From positions 1 to 57,147 of the forward strand of contig ML002252.1 of NCBI GenBank assembly GCA_003614675.1: DNA of 57,147 bases, written 5' to 3'. The stretch's first letter is position 1. Each line of letters starts with the position of its first letter. The notes below the pieces were generated by a model, which was not told the origin of the DNA, made no database searches, and saw only the letters and a program-made list of their open reading frames with translations. Below, one piece after another: positions 48,701 through 57,147 of the stretch. Made by a program: the position numbers and the translations under genes. The stretch comes from Dimargaris cristalligena. Its lineage: Eukaryota.

Positions 48701-49817
48701 CTCGGCCATTAGATCCACCATCAAAGGTCCAGAAGTCTCGAACTTTAGTTGCTAGCCTAATCTGGGTGAAATAGGAAGCAAGATCGATGCTAGTAATAAC
48801 TTTTGCATTATTTACAAAGGATCGGACTTCATGGAGCTTGGGGAGCTGCATTCCTAGGGAATGCATATTAACTGTGCTCCCCTGGCTATCATCCAGGATA
48901 ACTCTCCGGGCATCAGTATTAGGCTTTGGTAAGCTGTAAACCGGCAGGTTGGCATGAGCAAAACCTGGCTCATCTACTCCATATTGGAGGCGAGTCTTGA
49001 TATATCCATCCATGAATTCACGATCTGCTTGACTCCTTGGGGCTTGAGGGATATACAGGAGTTTAGCATCAGGTTTCAATGGAGGTGTGACTGGTTTGAG
49101 CAGACAAGGTGGGGGGCAGCTTGGTGGGTATTCTCGAAGGGATTGGGTCCCTGTCATGAGTTCATCCACAAGCTGGTTTCGGGTTTGGGAGCAGGGTAGC
49201 TGTTCCTTTAGCCTAGACTTAATATTCTCCCTGGTAGTGGGAGGGTATTGGTCATTAGCTTGTCGGTATTCCTGGTCCATGGCTGGGTTTATTCTACTAA
49301 AGGTATGTGCGGGTAGCCCCCTTGGCTCTAGGGTTTTCCTCTGGGTAACCTTAGGTGGTACTGGAGAGTCAGATGTGGTAACCTCAAGGGGGCTCACCTT
49401 TAGACTGGGTGGTGGTCGTAGATCAAGGTCAAGGCCATCTAGATCATAGCGGCCAACTAGTAAGTCAATATCAGAATTTACTTCAATGACTGTCAGTTTA
49501 ACCCAGCGTTTTTTGGGGGATTCCGCTGTTGAGAACCGTGCCCGAGTGACACCTAAGGTTGGGGCATAGTTGTACCCACCAAATGCCCGCAGATGGGGTC
49601 TTATATATGGGTTAATTTTGAGGTGGAGACGGGTGGCTGCTTCTCGTGTGATAATGCTAGTGGCAGCACCTTGATCTGCTGCTGCCTTGACTGGGATTCC
49701 TCCCAGAGCTGCGTCCTGCAATAGTCTCCAATGGGGTAGGCTGTCTTCGGTGGTAAAGGAATGAATACTAGGTTTATTGGAAGTAATGGCCGCTAGTATT
49801 ATGGGGGTCTCTACCAC
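45528..49817 (-). CDS. pol: Retrotransposon Pol (protease, RT, RNase H, integrase), probably made as Gag-Pol by -1 frameshift
   Basis: PR: ADQGA. RT: SIDLASYF, LVQG, YIDN. RNase H: VDAAEAGVGAVL, REAWG, ADWLSR. IN: H-x4-H...CHVC, LDI, TDNGPQF, AERY, GPF. The ORF has no ATG at its 5' end. Confidence 0.95.
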   Translation of the reverse strand: MVETPIILAAITSNKPSIHSFTTEDSLPHWRLLQDAALGGIPVKAAADQGAATSIITREAATRLHLKINPYIRPHLRAFGGYNYAPTLGVTRARFSTAESPKKRWVKLTVIEVNSDIDLLVGRYDLDGLDLDLRPPPSLKVSPLEVTTSDSPVPPKVTQRKTLEPRGLPAHTFSRINPAMDQEYRQANDQYPPTTRENIKSRLKEQLPCSQTRNQLVDELMTGTQSLREYPPSCPPPCLLKPVTPPLKPDAKLLYIPQAPRSQADREFMDGYIKTRLQYGVDEPGFAHANLPVYSLPKPNTDARRVILDDSQGSTVNMHSLGMQLPKLHEVRSFVNNAKVITSIDLASYFTQIRLATKVRDFWTFDGGSNGRVRATRLVQGNSQSPAIAHALLMHVFNSMPDLHGLLLGYIDNIYLKSIDGDIGKHIQDIGKLIRGLASWGLTINMPKSEFAGTQNVEILGYRWSQGSTWTIPDHRIADLQQLPMPRTVKEIQRLTGGINAISAHLPWAAALLAPFYALTGLHRLSKTHLIELQPHWEGLKEALLDTKHLYEPRPGDPLTLRVDAAEAGVGAVLLAHTDNQEDRVVAYFSKAFDGQQGRRHPGFREAWGLVRAVRHFYTYLDGATNLRIEVDATTALGLFNHKDTCQADELAGFRVELSKMGIHSHMIYHRPGESHLTADWLSRALQRQRPRKPTKPKAITIAAIGITPGEFTISSDEGEAVDISLTSDEEEDYGPDLDSSRLTGESMVRAALPNSWRWSITMEDQRSNTQLEAWYRLCLRRESEIGKEDPLFTEVDGMSIQGGLLCKLVPSTLPGTMGSWVPLAPTPMMKEAIKRWHEELCHPGQERLLAFTQSRLSHPALRETIDQLTKTCHVCQINAIATIRNTPRSTTYGDRKPGEHLYLDIGHIGQIGTDEETQFLIIADAASRFYQAIPLLQSTASDIVESLRDGWIGTFGKPRIITTDNGPQFTADTLKTYLVDQGIRHIFSSRSHPISELAERYVGLLKNSLRKCLSQYGTTDGWIQYLPRITAAHAIIPDPQTGISPWMALKGIESTVDMSQLLLHPDTEAGPEEAARWAISQAKERRTRVRKQAMERYNQHVTRKQYLPGELVTVKVLPKPANLASQPERRIGPFRVLERAGLSYRLTDLDGNPRPRNVHGDLLLPYYVSNDDGDILLGETEATSIRIGPTVWTTSDGEGGNSTTEERNHRDRNNETIENRNSETIEDRSGRTTGDWSNNIQGDQDIELDGTSMLLTGSLSPVDNSRVEYSSEDDVSEEEMYQWFTSESDSEYLSDEDLEQLPLEVYTQGSKRQASQSPPQTEASQTIRRRLCESSSPTLLALPHLRERLDREVQESQTTTSEDEKLPWSIVQPGEASPTQRREADPPHSASHPSEENPRNYTVVNSTPLLEEDTSPLIAQEQYLTPEE

Positions 49818-49819
49818 CT

Positions 49820-50692
49820 CTAGGCTTTTCCCGGCTTGTTGTTCATTGCCAGCTGAAGCCTGGTGTTTTCGGCCCGCAATTCAGCCATTTCCTTGGCCTG
49901 GCGATCCCTACGACGACGGTTCCTGCCTTTGCCCTCTGAGTTAGTAGTTGGGGTTCCTCCTTTCATAGCTGCAAGGACTGCTGCCACGATGGACTCGGTA
50001 GAAGGGGGGCTGGGGTCCCTAGTGCCTTGTAGTGGTAATTCCCGGACTCCTTGGGATAGTGGACCACGTCCTGGTGCTGTTCTAAGGGCAGCCTGGCGGC
50101 CTTGGTAAGCTAGTACTGCTTGAGTGATGTTCTTGAACCGTTCAGCCATAGTTCCCGCTGTGTATTCCTCAAAGTTCCAGAGTTCGTTTGGGGCCTGTTC
50201 GAGGTTTGGGTGGAATTCAGCAAGTAGGGCCTTTGTGACCTGGATGCACCAGTGGCTAGTACCCCCCAGCTGCCAGGCGGCATCGTTGGCTATGGTGCAT
50301 GCTACATGGATGTTCTTCCCCTTAAAGAGGGTTCCCGAGTGTAGGGCAGTATCATAATACTCTGCCCACAGTGAGGCTGGGTAGGTAGCCTTCATAAAGG
50401 CCTCGAAGTGTTCAGTAGTATCCTTGCTGGCCTTGATTACTAAGTCGCGGATATCGTCCTGCAAGAGTGCAATGGTCAGACGGAACTGGGCTCCCGGGGC
50501 CATCTGGGGGTAGTAGTCCCGGGTGGTAGCAGTAAGTGATAGCTTCCAAGAGTCCCAAGTGGGTCCGGGAGGTTTGCCTGTAAAGGGTTTTACATTCTTT
50601 AGCAGGGTGTCAAGTGCACCGGAGGGGAGTCCAAGTTGGGGGACAAAGGGAGGGTCACTGATCTGTTGCGGGGTGGGAGTATTGGAGGACAT
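49820..50692 (-). CDS. gag: Retrotransposon Gag (290 aa, basic C-terminus, no CCHC knuckle)
   Basis: ORF lies between the 5' LTR and pol. It has a KPFTG...W capsid-like start and the basic patch RNRRRRDR. Confidence 0.85.
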   Translation of the reverse strand: MSSNTPTPQQISDPPFVPQLGLPSGALDTLLKNVKPFTGKPPGPTWDSWKLSLTATTRDYYPQMAPGAQFRLTIALLQDDIRDLVIKASKDTTEHFEAFMKATYPASLWAEYYDTALHSGTLFKGKNIHVACTIANDAAWQLGGTSHWCIQVTKALLAEFHPNLEQAPNELWNFEEYTAGTMAERFKNITQAVLAYQGRQAALRTAPGRGPLSQGVRELPLQGTRDPSPPSTESIVAAVLAAMKGGTPTTNSEGKGRNRRRRDRQAKEMAELRAENTRLQLAMNNKPGKA

Positions 50693-50720
50693 AGTTTTAT
50701 AGATCTTTCAAATAAAAGTT

Positions 50721-51057
50721 TGTAACCGGGATGGCCGAGTAGGACCAAGCAACTGTAAAGAAATAACTATTCCGTCGAGTAGGACGAGGGATCAAAGAAC
50801 AACTAGATAAGAATTATAAATTGGATAGATATTTATTTGAAAGATAAGGAACAAAGGGTTGGCCGCTCGGGGCGGTGTATTTTACTCCTCTGGGGTGAGG
50901 TATTGCTCTTGTGCTATTAGTGGGGAGGTATCCTCCTCTAACAAGGGGGTCGAGTTGACCACTGTATAGTTCCTTGGGTTTTCCTCACTTGGATGGGACG
51001 CACTGTGGGGGGGATCGGCCTCTCGCCTTTGGGTGGGGGAGGCCTCTCCTGGTTGCA
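50721..51057 (-). repeat. 5' LTR (337 bp)
   Basis: Direct repeat of 45367-45703. Confidence 0.97.
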
Positions 51058-51917
51058 ATCGGGTGGCCTATGAGAAACAATGGCCTTGAAAGAGGATACC
51101 AGACAGACTATGTCCCGGTCGTTATGAGGTAGAGGGGGGGGGGTTCCTTAGTATTTGCCCCATTTTGAGCCCAAAACTAGCGCCAGCTTGATTCAAATCC
51201 GATCTAGTTGGTAAAATATTGGCATTTGATTTTTGATCTACAGGATTGGGACTAAGCTACATCTACCCACCTCCGCAACTAGTAGTCGCCTTAGCTTCAA
51301 ATAGTATTCAACCGACAGGTCTGTGGCAGTGGATTCGAAACTGCAGGAGATCCCTTCGGCCGATATCAGCCTCCCTCTTCCCAAGGCAAAACCTTATTGT
51401 AGCACAGTCTCAGAAAGGAGCAGTAAAACGCAGTGTATTTTTCGTTCATTTTCAAGGAGGAAAGCTACACTAGTAGAGAGTAGGCATGTCATTTAAATGT
51501 TCCAAACTCGTAAAAGGTGCCAATAATGAAAGGATTCAGATAAGAAATACATAAAAATAGGAGTGGCATGAAAAAATCGGCGGAGAAAGGGAGGAAGCAC
51601 ATGGCAGGAACACTAAAAATACGAAAGGACACGAAAAATGGCATATGGTAGGAGAGGAAAAGGGCGCGCGAGTGGTAGACGAGGGAAGAGAGAGAAAGTG
51701 GAGGTGATGCGGCATCTGAGCTCCGCGAAATGGTCAGGAGAAATGCCCTGATCTAAAAGATACGGTAATACGGTTTCAAATGACAAGAATGGGCAAATGA
51801 TGGAAGAGCAATAATGGGTATTAAATGAGCGAGTAGTGGGGGGGGGGACGTGAGGGGTATATATTGGGGGGAGCCACCCTCATAAGCGGCTCTTTGTCGC
51901 CCCCCTCCTTTGTTCAT

Positions 51918-53354
51918 TTACTCAATATAGTCCATCAGCCGGTAGTTCACCGTGTTGCGCTTAATGATATCTACCACTGGTCCCAAGAGACGCACAAAGG
52001 CCTTCTTGCCCAGCGTAGCGCACTTGAGCCGACCCTTGGCGCGAATGGTAGCCTGGCGGGGTTTGTCGTTGAGGAGGGCCAGTTCCCCAAAGTAATCACC
52101 CTTCTTGAGGCTGGGGTAAGTACGCGTAACTCCGTTCTCCTCCTTGGTCACGGTCGCTTCGCCGGACTCGATGATATAGAAGTTGTCGCCCACGTCGCCC
52201 TGCTGAATCACTACTTCGTTGTCCTGGAACACTACCGTATCCAATGCATCGGCAATCTTGTGCCGTTCGTAGGGCTCCAGGGAGACCAGTAGGGGAACCT
52301 CCTCCAAAAACTCTTCGTAGAGGCGGCGCTTACGCGACGTACGTTCCATAAGTATCCGACGGAAGGTGACACGGTCCAGGGCCCAGACCACGGATTCCGA
52401 CGTCGCCTTGACGGTGGCCGCGCGGGGGGAATTGTACATGAGCGCCAGCTCACCGAAACTGCCCCCGGGGCCGTACTGGTAGACCTTCATGGGGGGATTC
52501 CCGTCCTTGGACACGAACACCTCAAAGGTGCCCGTTTCCACCACGTAGAAGTAGTCGCCGATATCGCCCTGCTGGATGATGGCTTCGTGGTTGGGCACGG
52601 GCTTCTCGGCCATGGCGTCAACCACGTCGCGGTACTGCTCATCGTCCAAGTTGCGGAACAGGAAATTGTTAGCGATGGAAGTCCGAATGCGCGACCGTTG
52701 ATCGTCAGACTTGGGGATCACCACCTTGACGAATTCCTCGTCGGTAGTGGGGGCCATGGACTCGGCACTGACCGAGGAACGGCGGCCCCGGTTGTAAGCC
52801 AGGCTGGGGTCAATTTCGGGGGGCGGCCCGTCGTCATGGTCATCGTCGTCGTCCGCGTCCTGCATCAGGTCATCCTCCTGGTAGTCAGCGCTAGCCGGGA
52901 GGTCCGCCAGGGTAGGGTCGGACGAGTCGTCGGGCCGACCGAGGGGTTCAGCCACGGTGGTCATGGTGGGATGGGGAGGCCAATGCACATGGGGACTGCC
53001 GTCTTCGTGGGTATGGCGGTGGTCCAGCGCGGCCCCCGCCGCAGCGGCCGCGGTGACGATGGACGGCGACGCGGGTGTGGTGGCGGCCAATAGGGCTTGC
53101 GAATCGACACGCGAGCGCTGCAGGCCCTGGGTGATGACCGGTACGCTCACGTTTTCGGGGGCCGGGAGCAGGGCAATGTCACAGTATCCGGGGTTACTCT
53201 GGGCCAGCGTCGCTAGCTGGGCCCGCTGGTACGCCAGCTTCTCTTGGAAAAAGTAGGAGCAGAATTGGTAGACATCTTGGGGCTGGTGTTTAAGGAGAGC
53301 CTGGCGTAACTCATCCAAAACCACCTGCGGGTCGTAGGGGTGAGATGAACTCAT
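51918..53354 (-). CDS. pkaR: cAMP-dependent protein kinase regulatory subunit (478 aa from ATG 53354)
   Basis: N-terminal D/D-like helix pair, inhibitor site RRSSVSAE, and two cNMP domains with FGELALMYNSPRAAT and FGELALLNDKPRQAT. Confidence 0.96.
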   Translation of the reverse strand: MSSSHPYDPQVVLDELRQALLKHQPQDVYQFCSYFFQEKLAYQRAQLATLAQSNPGYCDIALLPAPENVSVPVITQGLQRSRVDSQALLAATTPASPSIVTAAAAAGAALDHRHTHEDGSPHVHWPPHPTMTTVAEPLGRPDDSSDPTLADLPASADYQEDDLMQDADDDDDHDDGPPPEIDPSLAYNRGRRSSVSAESMAPTTDEEFVKVVIPKSDDQRSRIRTSIANNFLFRNLDDEQYRDVVDAMAEKPVPNHEAIIQQGDIGDYFYVVETGTFEVFVSKDGNPPMKVYQYGPGGSFGELALMYNSPRAATVKATSESVVWALDRVTFRRILMERTSRKRRLYEEFLEEVPLLVSLEPYERHKIADALDTVVFQDNEVVIQQGDVGDNFYIIESGEATVTKEENGVTRTYPSLKKGDYFGELALLNDKPRQATIRAKGRLKCATLGKKAFVRLLGPVVDIIKRNTVNYRLMDYIE

Positions 53355-55307
53355 GGCGACCAAAGGAGAGGGGTGGGGTAATGAGGGCTAGGTTGAGCAG
53401 TGCAATGGGAAATGGTGGACGGTAGAAATCAAGAGAGAGGAAGGGGAGGACAAAATAGACTGGTCTGGGAAGGACTTGGGGGGTTAAATAAGGTCCAAGA
53501 ACTAGTTAATGGCGAAATGGAGAAGGTTATTCGAGGCTGAGTCTAATAGAGACAGATAAGTTAAGAGTAGAAGGACACAGGGAGAGTGAGGGGTGCGCGT
53601 TATTAGTATTGAGGAGGGAGGAGGCAGGGTTAGGGCTAGGGAGTTAGGGGCGCAGACAAGAGGGCTGGGCGGGTATGGTTCTCTCGGTCAATGTCCAACG
53701 GTTGGACAGAGCGAGTTATTAGAGGGAGCCCGGGCTATCCAGAGAAGCTAGCTAAAGGATGTATGAAAGAAGGCAAACAAAGGGGGTATGGCCAGGGATA
53801 TAACATACGGTCGAAGACACTCGCTTTAGCTGTATAGATAACCGAAGCCGTGGGGAGTAGCACAGTTTGGGCGCGTATCTAATGGTGTTGGTGGAAATCC
53901 ACGACGATGGCAGTAAACACGCGAGCAGACGACGAGCACACTGTGGAGGGAAATAGTTAAAAAAGAAAGGGATGCTTTATACTTAGGGCACCCGCTGGTG
54001 GTTTTAGTTAATGGAGAGAGTGACCATGAATTATATATAAGTAATAGTGGATAATTCGATTGCTGCGACACTAGACTAGTAGGATGGGCCACCAAAACGC
54101 GCGAGGCATTAGCAGCATACCTGTGGTTCGCAGGAGAATTATAAAAATAGTGAGCGGTAGCAAAAAGCGCAAGAGGGGCGGGAGGGGCGGGAGGGGGCAA
54201 CAAGGTGCAGCAGCATCCCCTCACCTTTATATAAACCAACCCGAGCGGGGGCAGCTGCTTCCCAGTGGAATGAATGCGAGGGAGCCATGTATGCGTTGAT
54301 GAGAGATGGAGATAGTCACAGCAACTCTGTATGCGCAGGTAGTCTTCACTACAATATCACCCCTCCCACCTTTTTACACGTTGCTTCTTCTTCTCCTACA
54401 TATCGCGAAGCAATGGTGGGAAATAAATAACTACTATTGATGAAGTAGTTGGTTGCCTTTTGCATTTCCCGTTTACATCGTTTCATCATTAATCACGGCC
54501 TGGACGCATCCACATGTGTATTAACTACTACTACCATCTATCGGCTTATACAGTATGTGGGGGATTCCACCACTATTTACAACAAATGCGCATACATGGG
54601 CTATATGCGCGGATGAACTGATATAATAAAGGCAGCAACCGGGGGAGCAGTGGTGGTGTCCAGCTGGTTAGTTTGTCCACTAACAACGGCTGCTACATTC
54701 AATCCTTGTTGATTAGGTGGTTTATCTAAAAAATGAGTGTGTCCTGCGCCCTCCGCGAACCCGCCCAAGTCACACCTTCACCAGCCAACTAAACTCTACC
54801 TTACAGGGAGACGCAACATCGCCTCGCCAAGTAAGTTCCTTAAGAAAACAAACTGAGGAGGAGTGAAGGCCTAACGCTGCTTAAGTTTCCATCAATTTAA
54901 GAGGAGTGTGGTATAGAATGTGTAATAAAAATGATATAACTCTCCCTGGTTGGTGTACCACTTACTCATAGAGAAAGTAGACAGGGTTTTATTATAAACT
55001 ACCAGGCAAGGGGACTGGGGCACATTTCCGTCCCACCAAAACCCTCCAACTGACTGGCCTTTTTCCATCCTCCATTTCCTACAGTTCCTTAGGTGAAGTC
55101 AAGAGGCCAAGCCGAGAAGAGTAACCCTTCTTGTTCCAATGTCGAGTTCCGGAGCACCTCAGCCTTTTCTTGTATACGCCCCAATTCGTTATATCCCCTT
55201 ATTTGGTTTTCCGTTACTAAACCGCGAAGGAAAAAACCTTCCCCATTCACTGCTAAAGCAACCACCACTAACCACCACACCTAGTCTGGGAAACCAATCC
55301 TGTCGAA

Positions 55308-57048
55308 ATGGCCGCCGAGTCTATTCCAAGCTCCACCTCCACCGCTGGGGGAGACCCCTCCTCCCCTTCCCCTTGTTCACCACTGGCCCGGACCGAACAG
55401 TATCTATACAAACTCCAGCAGCCCCCGTACCCGCCACCCTGCTTCACCGATTCAGCCCAACAGCTCCTGGTTCCTCCGCTCAATTTCGCCTTGGTGGTCC
55501 CCGGCATTTACCGGTCCGGCCACCCTAACCCCAAAAACCACTCGTTTCTAACCCGCCTGGGTATTCGGACCGTCATGTAAGAAATATGATTCAATTCATG
55601 ACTATTCCGCATTGCCCTATCATCCACTCAATTATTTTGGCTTCACCCCTTCTGACCTACGCCTAACTAGATTGTAACATCTTCTTTAATAACCCCCCAT
55701 CCATCAACAGTTACATGAACGAGGACGACCCCCAACCCGACCACGTGGAATTCATGAATCAAAATAACATCAACTTCCATCATTTCCGCGTAGAAGCTAA
55801 CAAGGTAACTGTGGACTGATTTCGCCATATTTGGTTTACGTCATTAAATCAGGAAGCCCACCGCATGGTCTACGCCTATTTCCGCCGTGTTTTATCACAG
55901 GGACTCCCGAATCCCTCAATCCTTTCCTTTTATTTAGGATGTCCGTATACAACCGGAATGCACACCTGCCTTTGCTAACTAACCAGCTATTCCACCCCCC
56001 TTCTTGTGATTATATACCTACGTATATCTTGGATTGACGGGTGTAGGAGCCCTTTACCGAAACCAGCCCCGCCGACATTGCCGCGATCCTCGCCATTTTA
56101 ATGGGTAAGCAATCCGTGTCTTTGGTCAGCCAGGTTGGTTGGCCTTACGGCAGCCTCTCGTCAATATTTTGACTGCAGTGCTCTATTAGGTGAATGTCCA
56201 TTATACTGCCTTCTCAACATTTATGATATCATTTGCATTTTCCCCGGGCCTTATTTTGCCGGCCTTCGGATTTTCCCGCCAGATACTCGCCATTACCCTA
56301 CACTAATCCACTGTAATAAGGGAAAAGTAAGTCTAGCCTTGCCTTTTATGCATCGGAGTCGGATGCTTTCCTCACCATTCCCTAGCTCCAACTGCGCCTC
56401 AAATCATTTGATGGTTTATCATTACCATCTCCTCCCCAAGAAGGGGCATTTCAAACTCCCGACTTTTACCAATCCCCTTTACTAATGCCAAAAATATGTG
56501 CATTAACCGACCCCATCTTTATCATTAGAAACGGATCGGCTGTTTAGTGGGCTGTCTCCGCAAAATACAGAGTTGGTCCATGGCCGCTATTTTCGATGAA
56601 TACCAGCGCTTTTCCGGTACCAAAATCCGGATCGCTGACCAACAGGTAAAAGATATACTGAACCCCCCCTCCCCCTGCCACACATACACACCCGTTCGCC
56701 TTTCGTTTCACAACCCACTTTACCGGCAGCCGACCGGTGGATCAATGAGGGAGGGCTCCTTCATTTATTCTGGATAAGACCGTAGAGTGCCATAGCGGCT
56801 ATGTGGGTGGGAATAGTATGCGTCGTTTAATTACTATGATTATGGCCAATCCATGAACCCGCTCCACCTCGATCAGTTCTATTATATCCCCACACTAATG
56901 TAAATTCAATTGGTTGCAACTATTATGTATATGGATGGGTGACCCACATTTACCAATATCCCTGGCTTTTTCACCTCCCTAGTTTATTGAGCTATTTGAT
57001 GAATCCATCGTTATCGATCCTGAACACCGCCCGCTATGGCTCACCTAA
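55308..57048 (+). CDS. Siw14/OCA-family atypical dual-specificity phosphatase; exons 55308-55576, 55711-55804, 56047-56104, 56283-56326, 56529-56645, 56983-57048 (215 aa)
   Basis: Motifs PPLNFALVVPGIYRSGHP, NKEPF, YPTLIHCNKGKKRIGCLVGCLRK, IFDEYQRF and DQQFIELFD. All introns are GT-AG and in phase. Confidence 0.9.
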
Positions 57049-57147
57049 CCTACTATGGCCTGACTTTACACCTTGCATCCATGTGGACCACTTGCCCCCG
57101 TCGCCCTGACATTCATTTTTTTGTGTATAATATACCTCTTTATTTCA

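Larger units (their letters stand above)
45367..51057 (-). mobile_element. Full-length Ty3/gypsy LTR retrotransposon (5691 bp) with 4-bp TSD ATCG
   Basis: Two 337-bp TG...CA LTRs. ATCG at 45363-45366 and 51058-51061. Contains gag and pol with PR-RT-RH-IN domain order. Confidence 0.97.

Noticed and set aside
1-57147. CRISPR arrays, rRNA, tRNA, spliceosomal snRNAs
   Set aside because: I saw no regularly spaced repeats or diagnostic motifs, and the context is eukaryotic. No covariance search could be run.

Overview
Eukaryotic genomic DNA with GT-AG introns, (TA)n/(GA)n microsatellites and GC-rich exons. The proteins suggest a fungus, probably an early-diverging lineage, but this is inference. 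Protein-coding genes in order: ATG10 (-), eIF3m (+), a HAC1/XBP1-type bZIP factor (+), a homeodomain factor (-), ATG4 (-), malic enzyme (-), an aldo-keto reductase (+), a MATE transporter (+), alpha-SNAP/SEC17 (-), the PKA regulatory subunit (-) and a Siw14-family phosphatase (+). About 12 kb between the homeodomain gene and ATG4 has no recognisable gene. An intact 5.7-kb Ty3/gypsy LTR retrotransposon (-) with identical LTRs lies between SEC17 and the PKA gene. Highlights: (1) The bZIP gene has a 50-nt IRE1-type intron with two CNG|CAG loops, giving two long overlapping C-terminal frames. (2) The retrotransposon lacks a tRNA PBS but has a 14-nt Tf1-like self-priming duplex. It also has a -1 gag/pol slippery site, YIDN and DQG catalytic variants, a 4-bp TSD, no clear PPT, and a pol ORF that runs into the LTR. 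(3) Three dispersed relics of one unknown coding family share an in-frame TGA. (4) The AKR has Phe at its catalytic Tyr position. All splice models and base pairings were derived by eye.
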